Origin: Octopus vulgaris
Taxonomy: Eukaryota
DNA length: 64,000 nt
Assembly: GCA_951406725.2 (NCBI GenBank)
Contig: OX597828.1
Coordinates: 73,470,001 to 73,534,000, forward strand
Reading direction: 5' to 3'
The first letter of the stretch is position 1. The number at the start of each line of letters is the position of its first letter. Of the stretch, positions 43,027 through 57,973 are shown in pieces. Under the pieces are notes generated by a model that saw nothing but the letters and a program-made list of their open reading frames with translations, did no database searches and had not been told where the DNA came from. The translations under genes and the position numbers were made by a program.

Positions 43027-44344
43027 ATTGTTATTGTTGTTGTTGTTGTTTTTCATATTTTATTTTTTATTATTATTATTTTATTATCATTACTATTATT
43101 TTATTATCATTGTTATTATTATTTTTTTATTATTGTTATTATTATTATTGTTATCATTATTATTAGTATTATTGTTATTATTATGGCATAGCATGAAACG
43201 GTGCGTTTTGTTCAAAGACGCAAAGGTCTCCCAAAGTAAGCATTGGATGCATACCTTATTAGTCATGACCCGGATATTCCAATACACTAAGCCACAAGCC
43301 TTGGAAATACCCAGGTATCTTCAGCACATTGTTCTATGTTTAGAATTACAAACGCTCAGCACTCTGAAACATGTTTATCACATCCACTGACATGATGGAT
43401 AACAAACGGATGATTATATCGACAGCTATGCTTTATTTTTGTGTATTCTACATCAAATCCGGAAAGATGAAACACGAAATAATGTTGTTTACACTGAGAT
43501 TCGAACTTGGAGCATAAAATGACGCCAGTATGTATTGCTAAGCAGAAACCCTGTGCTATATTTCTTCTGTTAATATATTCCTCTGCCTTGCTTCGTTGCA
43601 ATAATTTATTGTTTGATGTGCAATAAATGGAGCTGGGAATGAGATTTTTAACTTCACACCATAAAAACTCAGCCAACACAATCAGTTTCTGAGAGTTTTT
43701 CCCAACGATCAAATTAATTAACCTTAAAAAAACTTACCTGCGATTCTGCCGAGTTGAATATCGAAAGATATTCAATATATCTATTGCCTGGTTGGATAAC
43801 GAAGGAACATCGCAACAGAAACGCGAAAAGATGAAAAAAATCGTTATTTCTTACATGGTATCGTATAGTATGGAATTTTCGATATCTTCTCTTTCGAGGA
43901 GCTTCTTTCTATAATTGATTTGATTATGAACTCATTATTTAATAATGTCTACACACGCCAGGAAAAGCGGATTCTGTAAGATAAAATAACAGGTAAGCAA
44001 GAATCAAAGAGATGTGTAGATGTCTCTAGTCTCACAACAGCTCTATGAAAATTACAGGTTGATATTAGTCATTCAAAAACACACATAAACTAACTTCACA
44101 TAAATATTCACTATTTGGTAACAACATATCCTTCACACCAACTGCAACCTGGTCACTTCAATTGTTTCAATACAACAAGTGTGGGATGAGGTTGTAGGCC
44201 TATTTATATCACGTTATATTTCTTGCCTTTGACTAGATTTTGTCATTAGCCTGGGGTTATGCAAGAGCACCGCCCTGAAGAGTATTTAACTGAATGAGTT
44301 GACCTCAGGGATTTAATTTTTTGAAGTTTTGTACTTATTCAATC

Positions 44345-45380
44345 AAACAGGCGCTGAGGCTACGACATCTGCTGCGCTTCTAGGACAGTGAACAGGTGTG
44401 GTCGCCGTTTGTCAGACAGGAGTTTTCATAGTTCGTCTGTTTGACTGAACGTCAATCATGGATCAAACGTAGACCGAGGTAGGGTGCCTGGCACCTAGAA
44501 TATCGTAAGGCGCTCACAGTACGCTGTTAGACGGGTAATGCGGTCGGTGGGAGTTCTATTTTGGCGCTCTATAGATGGTTAGTGGCGGGCAAGTGCAACG
44601 ACGCTCTCTGCAAAACGAGAATCAACTGGTTGATCTGTTCCGGAGGACTTCCGGATTGGTATCCATGGAGAACTTCCAGAAATCCCTAGTCTGGGAATAC
44701 TACTCGGGAGCATTGTCGGTTCGGGATAAACTCTACAGGTATAGAAGCACTGTCAGCCGGGCTTCTCGGGCTGCGCGCAGAACGAGAAAACCCCCATCCC
44801 CATCTCTTCCAGTTTCCGAGAATTGCTGGCTTGTGGATTTATATCAAATAGCTGTTGTCATGTTCAGAACGGATCCGGCTATCGGCTGAATCCACTGTGA
44901 AGATTGTCCCGCCGCCTTCCTTTTGCTGCAAAGGGAATGCACTGTTTCGTTGTCTGGTAGCTTCGGCGAAAGAGGTTGCGTGCTGGACCAGATTCAAAGA
45001 ACTGAAGACAGATACGCTCCTCTTTGGCCAAGCCCACATCAATTGTTTCAAGCATCGTTTGAAAAGGAAGGCCGAGGTAGTGAGGGAAATACTACCACCC
45101 AGCAAGTTTATTGAAAGGTGGATGAATGTCACAAAAATGGTACGAGTGAACAGGCCAATTCTGTAGGCTAAAGGTAAACAATATGGAGAGGGCGTTTGCA
45201 CTAGTGGTCAAAGTGACCTTGGTTTTGTGGTGTCTCCACGAGAAACCCTAGGAATTTTGCCGCTTTTAGGGAAACTTTTGTTGTTACAAATTATTTTATC
45301 ATCACATTCACTGTTCATACACTTCTATTCATGAAACCCCAATGTATTTCCGTGAATCCTGAGTGGAGAATAAACAAAAA
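44345..45380 (+). mobile_element. Tx1/L1 ORF2 3' part and UTR (diverged, decayed)
   Basis: EQVWSPFVRQ, MENFQKSLVWEYYSGALSVRDKLY, LSAESTVKIVPPPSF...RWMNVTKMVR. Ends ...GTGGAGAATAAACAAAA. Confidence 0.8.
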
Positions 45381-45481
45381 TTTATTGTAGGATCTACTAT
45401 TATCATTGCCATTATCGTTATTTTTATTACTAACGCTGTTACCATTATTGTTATTGATGTTGTTGGTGGTGTTGTTGTTGC

Positions 45482-45524
<43 letters not shown>

Positions 45525-45926
45525 ATAAGTATTGGTTCGGGTCTCGTTTTGAAAAACAGATAATATTTAAGGTTTCAAATATCAGCAAATCGTAAGCGAA
45601 ATCTATACAATCGCGATATTACATTAGCAAAACGATTTCTTGACATCCAGCTTACTCCACCCCCTACACACACACTCGCACACACACACACACAAAACTC
45701 TCGCTACAATGACGACAACCAAACCTTCTCCTTAAAGGTTCTTCGAAGTCATTGTACATACTTATGTTTCATCTATGTTTATAACTAAAGAAATAAGTGC
45801 ATCCCAGTTTCAAGGGCTTCCATAACGATAAAGATACGTAGCGAAATATCCTAAAATATCAGAGAGAATTATTGGAAAATTCAAGTATCAGTCCAACTCC
45901 ATCTATCTATCTATGCAGCTAGTTAG

Positions 45927-45980
<54 letters not shown>

Positions 45981-46088
45981 TATAATATATAAACATATAT
46001 ATATATATATATATATACAGTATATATATACATATATATACGTATTTACATATATACACATATGTACATATATATACATATATACATA

Positions 46089-46139
<51 letters not shown>

Positions 46140-46361
46140 GAGTTATATATATAATTGAAACACCTAGCATCACAGCATCATAATTGTGAAATAACTATAA
46201 AATAAACCCTGTTAATATAACAATATATATATATATATATATATATAAAAGTGAATGTGTCCTCCTCGAGCCATGCCAGGCTATTGAGGGCCAATTTCTC
46301 GGTTTCAATGGCGTATGAATTCCCCACCTGGATGGGACGCTGATCCGTCGCAGGATTACTA

Positions 46362-47621
46362 TCAGGTCATCCCATAAGTTCTGTCCGATTTTTACCTTTT
46401 TTAAGGTTGAATGAAATTTAATTCTATTTTAGAATGTCTAATGGAATTAAAAATTATTTTTGTGTTTTTGTGTACATTTAAACTAATTAAAATATTTGTT
46501 TACAGAATAATAGTTTTAAAATTTCTTTGATTAAAACCCTTTCTAACATGGAAGTATCCAAAGACCATTTGAGGCGCATAATGCTTTATGAGCACAAGAA
46601 AGGAAACTCTGCAGACGAAGCGGCTCGAAACATACACTCAGTTTATGGGAAAGAGTGCTTGAAAGAAAGAACTTGCAGAAGATGGTTTCCAAAAATTCAG
46701 AAGTGGAGATTTCAGCCTTGAAGATGAAGATCGAACAGGACGTCCAGTTGAGTTTTATGATGAGCTCCTTGAGGCGTTACTTGAAGAAAATCCTGCATTA
46801 TCAGTTGAAGAATTGGCAGTAAATTTTAGTTCACATCATGCAACTCTTCATCGTCGTAATTCAACAAAATGGAAAGGTTCCTAAACTTGGAAAATGGGTG
46901 TCTCATGAAAAGCAACCGCAAATCCCGAGTTGACATCTGCTCTTCTCTTCATTCTCACAAACTCATTTCACCCTGTTTTGGATAGACTTGTGAGTGATGA
47001 CGAAAAATGGATTTTCTATCGAAATGTTAAACGTCGAAAACAGTGGGTTGGTAAAAGGGAAAAGGCTCAACCACAATCGAGAAGGGAACTTCATGGGAAA
47101 AAGATTCTCCTCTCTATCTGAAGAGATTGCAGAGGAATAATTCACTTTGAATTGTTACCACCTAATGCAACGATCAATGATCAAGTCTACTGTCAGCAAT
47201 TAGTCTTTGAACCAATAAAAGACCCGCTTTAGTGAATCGAAAAGGAGGGATGTTTCACCTGGACAATGCGCGACCCACACTGCAAAGATCACATCATAGA
47301 AGATCGAAGAGCTTAATTGGGGAAAAATTCCTCATCCACCTTATTCTCTCGACCTTGCTCCTTCAGACTACCATTTGTTTCGTAGTTTACAAAATAATTG
47401 GGGGGATAAAATTTTCGCAGGCCAGGAGGAGGTCGAAACTGACATTTCAGAGTTCTTCTCATTGAAACCAAAAGAGTTTTACATTCATGGTATTAAAATG
47501 CTTGTAAATAGATGGAAGGACGTCATAGATAATCATTGATGATTAAATTTCAATTAAATATAACATTTGATTACTTGTTTTCTTTATTCAAAATTCGGAC
47601 AGAATTTATGGGATGACCTGA
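46362..47621 (+). mobile_element. full-length decayed mariner (DD34D) transposon
   Basis: TA TSD; TIRs TCAGGTCATCCCATAAGTTCTGTCCGA / TCGGACAGAATTTATGGGATGACCTGA. Inserted into a SINE remnant (46255-46359, continuing at 47624-47700). Confidence 0.92.
46548..47540 (+). pseudogene. mariner transposase pseudogene
   Basis: MEVSKDHLRRIMLYE, RTCRRWF, GKWVSHE, LVSDDEKWIFY, FHLDNARP, HPPYSLDLAPSDYHLF, with multiple frameshifts. Confidence 0.9.
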
Positions 47622-47713
47622 TATATTCGCTAGTTGAGTGAACAAGAGAATTGAGATGTGAAGAACTATACTCAAGATTACTAAGCGTCGCCCGATTCAC
47701 GAAAGAACTATAA

Positions 47714-47747
<34 letters not shown>

Positions 47748-47761
47748 ACATATATATATGA

Positions 47762-47810
<49 letters not shown>

Positions 47811-48049
47811 ACGTGAAGTATATATATAACATTTATATTCATATATATATTTATACATGTTTGTATGTATATGTACTCACCAGTGAGTGGTCAAACGAAA
47901 GAAAAGGGTTCTCAACACATTTAATAAGAGTCATATGTACCTATATATATTAAAACAGCTTGATCTGATACCACGCAACTTATATTTTCGCTGATCCCTG
48001 AGCGTAAATTTCTGTACTGAGACAGAAATATAATTATGTTCATAATGCC

Positions 48050-48600
48050 ATTTTTCCCTGGTATTGCTGCCGCTTTTGTAATTGCTCGTAATTGTTTTGC
48101 TTGCTGATGCTTTTGTAGAACTGGGGTTCTTGCCTTCTGTTGGAGGCAGAAGTCATTCAAGTATCTTATCTCCCTACACAGGTGGTACCCTGGCTTTGTA
48201 CCTTCAACCATAACATGTAGTTCTTCTCTTCCTGGAATGCGAATGAGGTCTGAGATTTTGTGGATCGTGTCTAGTTTAATGTGGAGTAGCCCCTCCACGC
48301 TGATCTCAGACCAATTTTCACGATAGGTCCGCTAAACCTGCAGGTGGCTGTCACTCGCTTCTAAAACGATACACGCTAAAATGCGCCATAAATTTAACAC
48401 CGGGGAAATTCCTGACACCTTTACCCTCACCGTCCTTCTTCCTAAATACGATGAGTGGAGCACTTATTTTTCGCTCCGACAGGGAACCAGGGATTGTTTG
48501 CCGGCTAGAACTTCACTGAAATGCTGGCAAACTGTTTTGCCCTCAAAATATGCTAATCGATGAACATTATCTCTTTCAGTGCACCTTCCACATCTGCCTT
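48050..48600 (-). mobile_element. possible Tx1/L1 ORF1 (gag-like knuckle) remnant
   Basis: RTVRVKVSGISP...LHVMVEGTKPGYHLCREIRYLNDFC resembles a decayed CCHC knuckle. Confidence 0.4.
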
Positions 48601-48619
48601 ACTATCCGTCTCCAGCTGC

Positions 48620-49370
48620 TCTGTTTTTATAGAAACACATTTATAAATAACCGATTATTTTCTGTGATCCTACCAAAACCTCGATGTGAATGACAATGTC
48701 CGTCCGCATTTTGTCCAGCTTTATAAGTTTGGCCACACGTGCCAGACATATGTCCATCTTAAAAAGCTACGGGCCTTTGGCAGCCGTCGCTGGGAATGTA
48801 TTGTGCTTGTTATTGTTGTCGTTGACCAAAGCCCCTGCGACAAACCCTAATCTCTTTGCTAACATCTTGACGAAAACCATTAATTCTGCTATTAGCTGGG
48901 TTAGAGTTGGAAATTATCTACGATACCCGCTTTATTTGCGACCTTTCTCAGCAGCGTTAACTTCCTCCCACTCACAGAACATAATTCTCCAGTTCTGCTG
49001 CCAGTTGCGGTATACGTTCATCAAACAAGTCTGGCATATAACCATAAAACGAATGAGGTCTCTCATCCAAACCAGGAGAATTCTGCTTTGTGCAACTGCC
49101 GATTACTTCCTGTTTCCCAGCTACTATTATTGATCTTTCGCAATACCTCACGTCTTCAGCCGAGATCCGTTGTATACCGTAGAGGTAGGAGGCATTAAAT
49201 TCCTTGACCGTTGCTGATCTAACGCTCCGAAAAATCCAACAAAGTGTTGCCGGACGTATTTGTTATAGTTGTCGTTGTTATTCATAATGGAAATATTGTT
49301 GCCGTTTAAGTGGCTTTTGATTTTTGTTTCTCTGTCAGCGCAGTACATCTCCAGCGTTAGAAGCTGTGCA
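48620..49370 (-). mobile_element. Tx1/L1 RT N-terminal fragment (highly decayed)
   Basis: Minus strand NSPGLDERPHSFYGYMPDLF (cf. SPGLDGLPxEFY), LTLLRK and KMLAKRL. Confidence 0.6.
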
Positions 49371-49559
49371 AAGGCAATAATGATGGCGTTGATGGTGATG
49401 ATGATGATGATAATGATGATGATAGAGAAGAGGAGGAGGAAGAAGAAGAAGAAGAAGAAAAAAAGAAAAAGAAGAAGAAGAAGAAGAGGTTATTCATTGT
49501 GGTGGAGATTCTATTGCTGCTGCTACTGCTGCCGCTGATGCTACTGTCGCTGCTGCTAT

Positions 49560-49594
<35 letters not shown>

Positions 49595-49830
49595 GGATAC
49601 CATAGGCAAAACCCATCTCTTTTGATAGATGTTGTAGCCCCAGCTGACAACAACAGATCCCTGAAAACGTTTGTGAAATTGAGCAAATATAAGGAGTTGG
49701 AAATAGAAATCACGGGGAATGCGGCATCTCAAAGCAACAACATTTCCCGTTGTTGTTCCTGGATCAAAAGGATCAAACAACTTCCATGGCAACCCACATA
49801 TTTCACGCAGTTTCTTCAGCATGCAAATGC
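49595..49830 (+). mobile_element. old R4/Dong REL-domain fragment
   Basis: LLIDVVAPADNNRSLKTFVKLSKYKELEIEIT. Confidence 0.7.
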
Positions 49831-50034
49831 TAGGTTTTCCAGTTTTATTATAAATCTTTCTAAAGGGAAAGTTCTTTTTTTTTTTTATAACAAAGGGACA
49901 TCAATTTCTGTTTTCTTTTGTTGTTTATTTTTCTGCGCAGGGCTTCATCTGTTTGCAACTTTTGATGTCGCTTGACTTCTCTGGATGAAACGAGCGTACA
50001 GCTTGCATATATCAAAGCAGAGCCAACGCACAGA

Positions 50035-50109
<75 letters not shown>

Positions 50110-50111
<2 letters not shown>

Positions 50112-50603
50112 GGTCACAGAAAACGAGAAAGCAACCATACTCTGGGATATGCCGATACACACAGATAGAGAAATTAAGGCCAACAGACCAGATATAGTTG
50201 TCAGAGACCATGAAGAAAAAAAATGCTTTCTAATTGATGTATCAATACCGGCAGATGACAACGTGTCTCTAAAAGAAATGGAGAAACTCTCAAAATACAA
50301 AGACCTGGAAATAGAGGTAACTAGAATGTGGAATCTGAAAACAGAAACAATTCCTATCATAGTAGGTGCATTAGGCATGATAAAAAAATATTCAGACAAA
50401 TACATAACAAAAACACCAGGACTTACAAACACATATAACATACAGAAAATTGCACTACTAGGCACTGCACACATCCTACGCAGAACACTTTCCATACAAT
50501 AACCATCAGAGCATCACAACAAATCACAGCACATACCCAAGGCACACAGAGCTGCGCTCGGTAGTGAAGTGAAAGCACGCTATAAAAATTAAAAATAAAA
50601 CTA

Positions 50604-50608
<5 letters not shown>
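50110..50608 (+). mobile_element. 5'-truncated R4/Dong LINE (family A), REL domain plus 3' UTR, in (AAT)n
   Basis: ILWDMPIHTDREIKANRPDIVV...LIDVSIP...EKLSKYKDL (PD-D/E-x-K restriction-like endonuclease). (AAT)n on both sides. Confidence 0.9.
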
Positions 50609-50673
<65 letters not shown>

Positions 50674-50676
<3 letters not shown>

Positions 50677-53600
50677 GGGGGACGTTTAAGATGTAAAGAA
50701 CGATACAACAGAGCTCTGAAATCTATCCACAAACATCGAAAACAAGGACATCGTATGAAGCCAAAGATTTACTAACAAAGGATTGGACTGTACCCGAGTA
50801 AGTAATGCTCATTCAAATTTATTACTATTTTCGAAACGAAATGATGTATTTTGACTCGATATCATCTCCACCTCTAACACAACACATGTAAACATGCGTG
50901 GAACATTACGATCTATCAACACCAGATCATCCCCGACCCCAAACACCATGTTCAAAGGAACTACGAAGAAATTAAATACCACCGATATTATTCAACCCAA
51001 GAATAACAATCGGGAGGTACGTACTTTAAACTTACAACTCAAAATGTACGAAAAACTACACGTGCAAGACAATGTGACAACAGAAATGAACGGACCGGTA
51101 CCGAACGAAAATGACGACCGTCAAAGTAATGGGCCGGACGTTGTTCCTCATGTACCGCAAATAAAACCCAAAAGACATAAATGGACACGTGAGGAATACA
51201 TTTCTATCCTACAAGCATACTTCACAGCAGTGCTCTACCCCAAAAATGTAAATACAACAACACATACATATAAAATATGGAAGGAAAATAAAATAGATAT
51301 AGACTTGGATACAGCAATGAACCCTAATAAAATAGCTAACGTACGAAGATACATTCTCAACGCAAAAAAAATATCGGAAATAGAAATAAAACACCTAAAA
51401 GAAAAAATAAACCAGGAAAGTGTAGATAGAAGCCACACAACGATGCCCATTAATATAAACACTGAAACAGTAAAACACGAAGACAAACGTAACATTCCCA
51501 ACAAACACGATGTAAATAAAAAACAACAAACCCAGACCGTAAGGATACGTAATAATACACGACAAACAGCAAGCCAAAACACGGCAAACAAACATATAAA
51601 TAAGAGAGAAAGCGACACAAATCTAAAACCTAGAAACAACAAAGGGGAGCCTAATGATTATGATAATATAAAAAGTAAAATAATCAAAGAACTGAAAACC
51701 ACAGAGCCCAAAATGGACCACCGACCATACCTCCCAAGAATAAAAATAGACGAAACAACAACACCTATTATAAACAGCATAAACCTAGCCGTCACTGAAC
51801 TGATAGCAACTGAAACAAAAAGCGATATCACTAAGCTAAATGACTTAATATACACAGCAGCCACTGCCGCCACAAAAGAAGCTGGATACTCACTCAAACC
51901 CATCCAAACAGGAGTACCACCACCCAAAGAAACCCTGTGGATAAATAACATCCAAAACAAAATACAAAAAATGAGAAAAGATCTGTCGATTCTTAATGAA
52001 ATCAGTAGAAAATCAACGCTACTGAGCAGCAAAAAGAAAGCAAAAATACTCCGCAAATATAACATCACAGAAAAAGATTTACCGGAGATAAAAGAAAAGC
52101 TGAAGCAAGATATCCTTGCCAGAGCACAAAGGATCCACCGGTACGAGAAACGCCAGCGCTTCTTTGAACAAAACAAAAAGTTCAACTCCAACCCCAAAAA
52201 GTTTTACCAAGAACTTGGCAAAAATAAAATAGAAACCACTGCAGCACCAACGGCAGAAGAAGTGGAAGAATTCTGGAGAGAAATATGGTCGGCGAACGAA
52301 TAACCAAAAAAAAGAAGTATCAAAACAACAAACTCAGCATCTGAGCAACTTTGGACCCCCATAACAACTGAAGAGGTCACCCAGGCACTGCAAAGACTAA
52401 GCAACTGGAAGGCACCTGGGCATGACAAGATCCCCAACTTCTGGTTGAAATATCTAACAGGAATGCACAAAAAGCTGGCTGAAAACTTTGACAGCATATT
52501 AGCAGAGCCAGAGACAATGCCTGAATTGCTCACGAAGGGGAAACCATCTTAATTCCCAAATCAAATGAGACAGCTAAACCAGAAAACTACAGACCAATAA
52601 CCTGTCTCCCTACTATGTACAAGGCATTTACTGCAGTGATATCGCAAAGGTTGAACAAGCACCTGGACGAAAACAACCTGTTTCCATAAGAGCAGGAAGG
52701 ATGCCGCAAAGGCTCAAATGGCTGTAAAGATCAACTAATGATTAATAAAGCCATAACTGAAGAAAGCCACAGAAAGAAGAAAGGCCATAGTATGGCCTGG
52801 ATCGACTACAAAAAGGCGTTTGATAGCATCCCCAACACATGGATCCTCGAAACACTAGCCATTTACAAAGTAGCACCAACCCTTATAAAATTCATAGGGC
52901 ACTCTATGAATAAATGGCAAACCGTGCTACAGCTCCAAACAAAAGAGGGACTCATGAAAACCAAAGCCATCCCCATTAGAAGAGGAATATTCCAGGGAGA
53001 CACGCTCTCTCCACTCCTTTTCTGCTTGGCACTGTCACCTCTATCTGATATGCTAAATAGAACTGGATGCGGATATAAATGTTACGGCAAAACGATCAGC
53101 CACCTTTTATATATGGATGACCTAAAACTATAAGCTGCAAATGACAAACAGCTGGAAACACTATTAAAGACAGTTCATGGATTTACCAAAGAAATAGATA
53201 TGAAATTTGGATAAGAAAAATGCGCCAAAGTAACCATGAAAAGAGGAAAAATAGTTAAGAGTAACAACATCACACTAGATAAAACCAATGAAATAAAAGA
53301 ATTAGACCAAAGCCAAACTTACAAATACTTAGGAATCCATGAACTAGATAAGACACAACACACACAAATGAAAGAGAAAATAAAAAAAGAATATTATAGA
53401 CGAGTTAGATCAATACTAAAAACAGAGCTCAATGCTAAAAACAAGATAATAGGTATTAACACTTTAGCTATCCCAGTTATAAGTTACAGCTACAATATCC
53501 TTAACTGGACACTAAATGAACTGACCAAAATAGATAGGAAAACAAGAAAAATACTGACAGGATCTAGGATGCATCACCCAAAATCTGACATAGAAAGACT

Positions 53601-54765
53601 ATATATACAACGTATAGAAGGTGGTAGAGGCCTTATACAGCTGAAAACTACTATAAAATAACCACCATAGGACTGCAAAAATATCTACTTCAGAAGGAAG
53701 GAAAACTGATCAGATAGCGGCAAAACACGAGCAAAACAAAAAAATGTTCTCAGTATTTAAGGAAGCTGACAAATACAAACAAGAAATCATACCACCTAAT
53801 AAACACAAAGAAGAAGATGATGAAGAAGAAGAAGAAGAACAAAAGCTATAAAACAAATGAAATCCAAACTAAAAATAGAACAGCAACGAGCCATGATAAA
53901 ACGATGGCAAGAAAAACCCCTTCATGGTAAATACTGGACTAAACTAAATGCAAAAGAAATAGACAAAGAAAAATCCCAGCAATGGTTGAGAAGCTCAGGA
54001 CTCAATGCAGAGACAGAGGGATTTTTAATTGCAGCACAAGACCAAAGCCTCCCCACCAGAAATTACCAAAATCATGTAATGAAAAGAAATATAACAAATA
54101 ACTGCAGAATATGTGGAGATGGACAAGAAACAATAAATCATATTATCTCTGGTTGCCCAGTCCTGGCTAAACAGGATTATATTCACAGACATGACAGAGT
54201 TGGAACCTACATACATTGGAAGCTATGCCAACATTATGGAATAACAACAGAAAAAAGATTGTATAGGCACACACTAGAAAAGGTCACAGAAAACGAGAAA
54301 GCAACCATACTCTGGGATATTCCGATACACACAGATAGAGAAATTAAGGCCAACAGACCAGATATAGTTGTCAGAGATCATGAAGAAAAAAATGCTTTCT
54401 AATTGATGTATCAATACCGGCAGATAACGACGTGTCTCTAAAAGAAATGGAGAAACTTTCAAAATACAAAGACCTGAAAATAGAGGTAACTAGAATGTGG
54501 AATCTGAAAACAGAAACAATTCCTATCATAGTAGGTGCATTAGGCATGATAAAAAAATATTCAGACAAATACATAACAAAAACACCAGGACTTACAAACA
54601 CATATAACATACAGAAAATTGCACTACTAGGCACTGCCTACATCCTACGCAGAACACTTTCAATACAGTAACCATCAGAGGATCACAAAGAATCACAGCA
54701 CATACCCAAGGCACACAGAGCTGCGCTCGGTAGTGAAGTGAAAGCACGCTATAAAAATAAAACTA

Positions 54766-54770
<5 letters not shown>
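50674..54770 (+). mobile_element. full-length R4/Dong-clade non-LTR retrotransposon (family A), decayed, in (AAT)n
   Basis: Broken single ORF 50894-54671: N-terminal KWTREE domain; RT (NYRPITCLP, WIDYKKAFDS, GIFQGDTLSPLLF, HLLYMDDLKL); CCHC (CRICGDGQETINHIISGC); RHD; REL (RPDIVV, KLSKYKDL). (AAT)n on both flanks. Confidence 0.93.
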
Positions 54771-54819
<49 letters not shown>

Positions 54820-54820
54820 C

Positions 54821-54866
<46 letters not shown>

Positions 54867-54904
54867 TAATAATAATAATAATAACAAAACAACAACAACA
54901 ATAA

Positions 54905-55157
<253 letters not shown>

Positions 55158-55169
55158 TAAAAAAAAAAA

Positions 55170-55261
<92 letters not shown>

Positions 55262-55267
55262 TAATAA

Positions 55268-55867
55268 TCCACAATCCACCCCCAGTGCTTGAAGATGACC
55301 ACATCTCACTCCTCTGGAACTTCACCATTCAAACTGACAGAAAGATAGATGCAAATAGGCCAGACATCATATTGAAAGACTTCAGACAAAGAACATGCCT
55401 CCTCATTGATATGACTGTCCTAATCGATATAAACGTATCTGTCAAGACCTACCAGAAACTGAGCAAATATAAATATCTTGAAATAGAAATCAGCAAAATG
55501 TGGAACCTGAAGACTAAAACAATACCAGTTGTCATAGGTGCCCTGGGAATGATAGCGAAAGGGGCTGATTGCTACCTAACTCAGATACCAGGAAACCCCA
55601 AAATGGCAGAAATTCAAAAGATAGTGCTCATGGGAACTGCTCATATCCTACGCAAAATACTCTCTATGTAATCTCAAGGTTTAAAACAAACTTTTTTTTC
55701 TTTTTTAAATTTATTTATTAGACATTCACTTGTACAACACCAAAAAACACCTAAATATATGGCACACTAGGCATAACAACAACGTAAACTTCCAACCTGT
55801 TGTCTCTTGAGGTCTCTGTCTGGGTGAGACATGGAGCCAACTTGTACAAACATAAAGCAAAAGTCAA

Positions 55868-55871
<4 letters not shown>
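55268..55871 (+). mobile_element. 5'-truncated R4/Dong LINE (family B)
   Basis: LLWNFTIQTDRKIDANRPDIIL...KLSKYKYL...GTAHILRKILSM*, between (AAT)n tracts. Confidence 0.9.
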
Positions 55872-55943
<72 letters not shown>

Positions 55944-55945
<2 letters not shown>

Positions 55946-56429
55946 GGTCACAGAAAACGAGAAAGCAACCATACTCTGGGATATTCCGATACACACAGAT
56001 AGAGAAATTAAGGTCAACAGACCAGATATAGTTGTCAGAGATCATGAAGAAAAAAATGCTTTCTAATTGATGTATCAATACTGGCAGATGACAACGTGTC
56101 TCTAAAAGAAATGGAGAAACTCTTAAAATACAAAGACCTGGAAATAGAGATAACTAGAATGTGGAACCTGAAAACAGAAACAATTCCTATCATAGTAGGT
56201 GCATTAGGCATGATAAAAAAATATTCAGACAAATACATAACAAAAACACCAGGACTTACAAACACATATAACATACAGAAAATTGCACTACTAGGCACTA
56301 CACACATCCTACGCAGAACACTTTCCATACAATAACCATCAGAGCATCACAACAAATCACAGCACATACCCAAGGCACACAGAGCTGCGCTCGGTAGTGA
56401 AGTGAAAGCACGCTATAAAAATAAAACTA

Positions 56430-56433
<4 letters not shown>
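55944..56433 (+). mobile_element. 5'-truncated R4/Dong LINE (family A)
   Basis: Near-identical to 50110-50608 and 54280-54770. Confidence 0.9.
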
Positions 56434-56528
<95 letters not shown>

Positions 56529-56829
56529 TCTTTCTACTACATGCACAAGAAGTGGGATTTTGCGGGAGGGACTAATTGATTACCTCAACCCCAATACTTA
56601 GCTGGTATTTATCCCATTGGCCTCGAAATGATGATAAGACTTTCAATCGCATAGGATTAGAAGCCACTTGCACTGATCTGTGTCAGCCCTGTTGGTAGTT
56701 GAGCGCTGATACTCCAAGTGCAGCTATCCCATCTATTCTCTTCATATTTCCCACTTCAAATCGTCATAGTCATTTATTTTTTCTTCTTCTTTCACATTGA
56801 TCCTGTTGTCACCGGGGCATGCTATGTCG

Positions 56830-57060
56830 ATAATCATACATGTTCTCTATTTTCTCTTCATCACAACAATGTCCAGATTCCAATGTCTGGTCGGGTGATC
56901 GCACTGGATCATTACATCCCACAGAATTTTACAGTTCCTATTTTCGGCAATTCCTGGGGTTTGTGCTTACCACGTCATTGCTCTTTGCAGGTCGCTATTT
57001 CCATAGAGCTCCCAATGGATCATTCTTGCCACATTGTCATGGCGTCGTTTGTATTCGCGT
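56830..57060 (-). mobile_element. old R4/Dong REL fragment
   Basis: Minus strand RRHDNVARMIHWEL...KILWDVMIQCDH...LDIVV. Confidence 0.65.
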
Positions 57061-57133
57061 ACAAAATATTTACCAAAATCTGACAGACACGTACAAATAT
57101 GTACATATAGACACTGAGATATATACACAACTA

Positions 57134-57197
<64 letters not shown>

Positions 57198-57270
57198 ATA
57201 TTGCATATGTATACATATATATATCATATTATTATTATTATTCTCATTATTATTATTATTATCATTATTA

Positions 57271-57316
<46 letters not shown>

Positions 57317-57817
57317 CATTATTATTATTATTATTATTTTTATTTTTATTATCATCATCATTATTATTATTACTATTTCATTAATGATTTCTTGAATACT
57401 TATAATATCCTGATAGCTGGAAAGGTGTTGGATCCCATATAGACACCAGTACATGACCATGGAAGAATGAAATGCAAATTCGACTTCATGCGTATAGAAT
57501 ATTTGACACAGTCCGACAGACTTTATATTTATATGCATAAAGCTCCTTGAAATACAGTCATAAGCTTTGAAGCTGCATCAGTGAATTCATGTTGAACATT
57601 TTAGCAATTACTTAATCGCAGACAGCATAACACTGACGTGGCAGACATATGTGTTGGTCTTCATGCATTCGTACACATAAACACACACACACATATATAT
57701 ATATATATACATATACATAAATGTATATATAGAGATATATATAAAGCATATACAGATGAGTACTTATGCATCTATATATAAATATATATGTATGTATATA
57801 CACGTACATACATGCAC

Positions 57818-57858
<41 letters not shown>

Positions 57859-57914
57859 TTATATATATGCATATATATATATATAATGTATTTATTATAT
57901 GTATATACTATATG

Positions 57915-57971
<57 letters not shown>

Positions 57972-57973
<2 letters not shown>

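Noticed and set aside
50674-50893. HDV-like ribozyme in the Dong 5' UTR
   Set aside because: Such ribozymes are known from some REL-type elements, but I could not trace the nested double pseudoknot by eye. An RNAMotif or Infernal search is needed.
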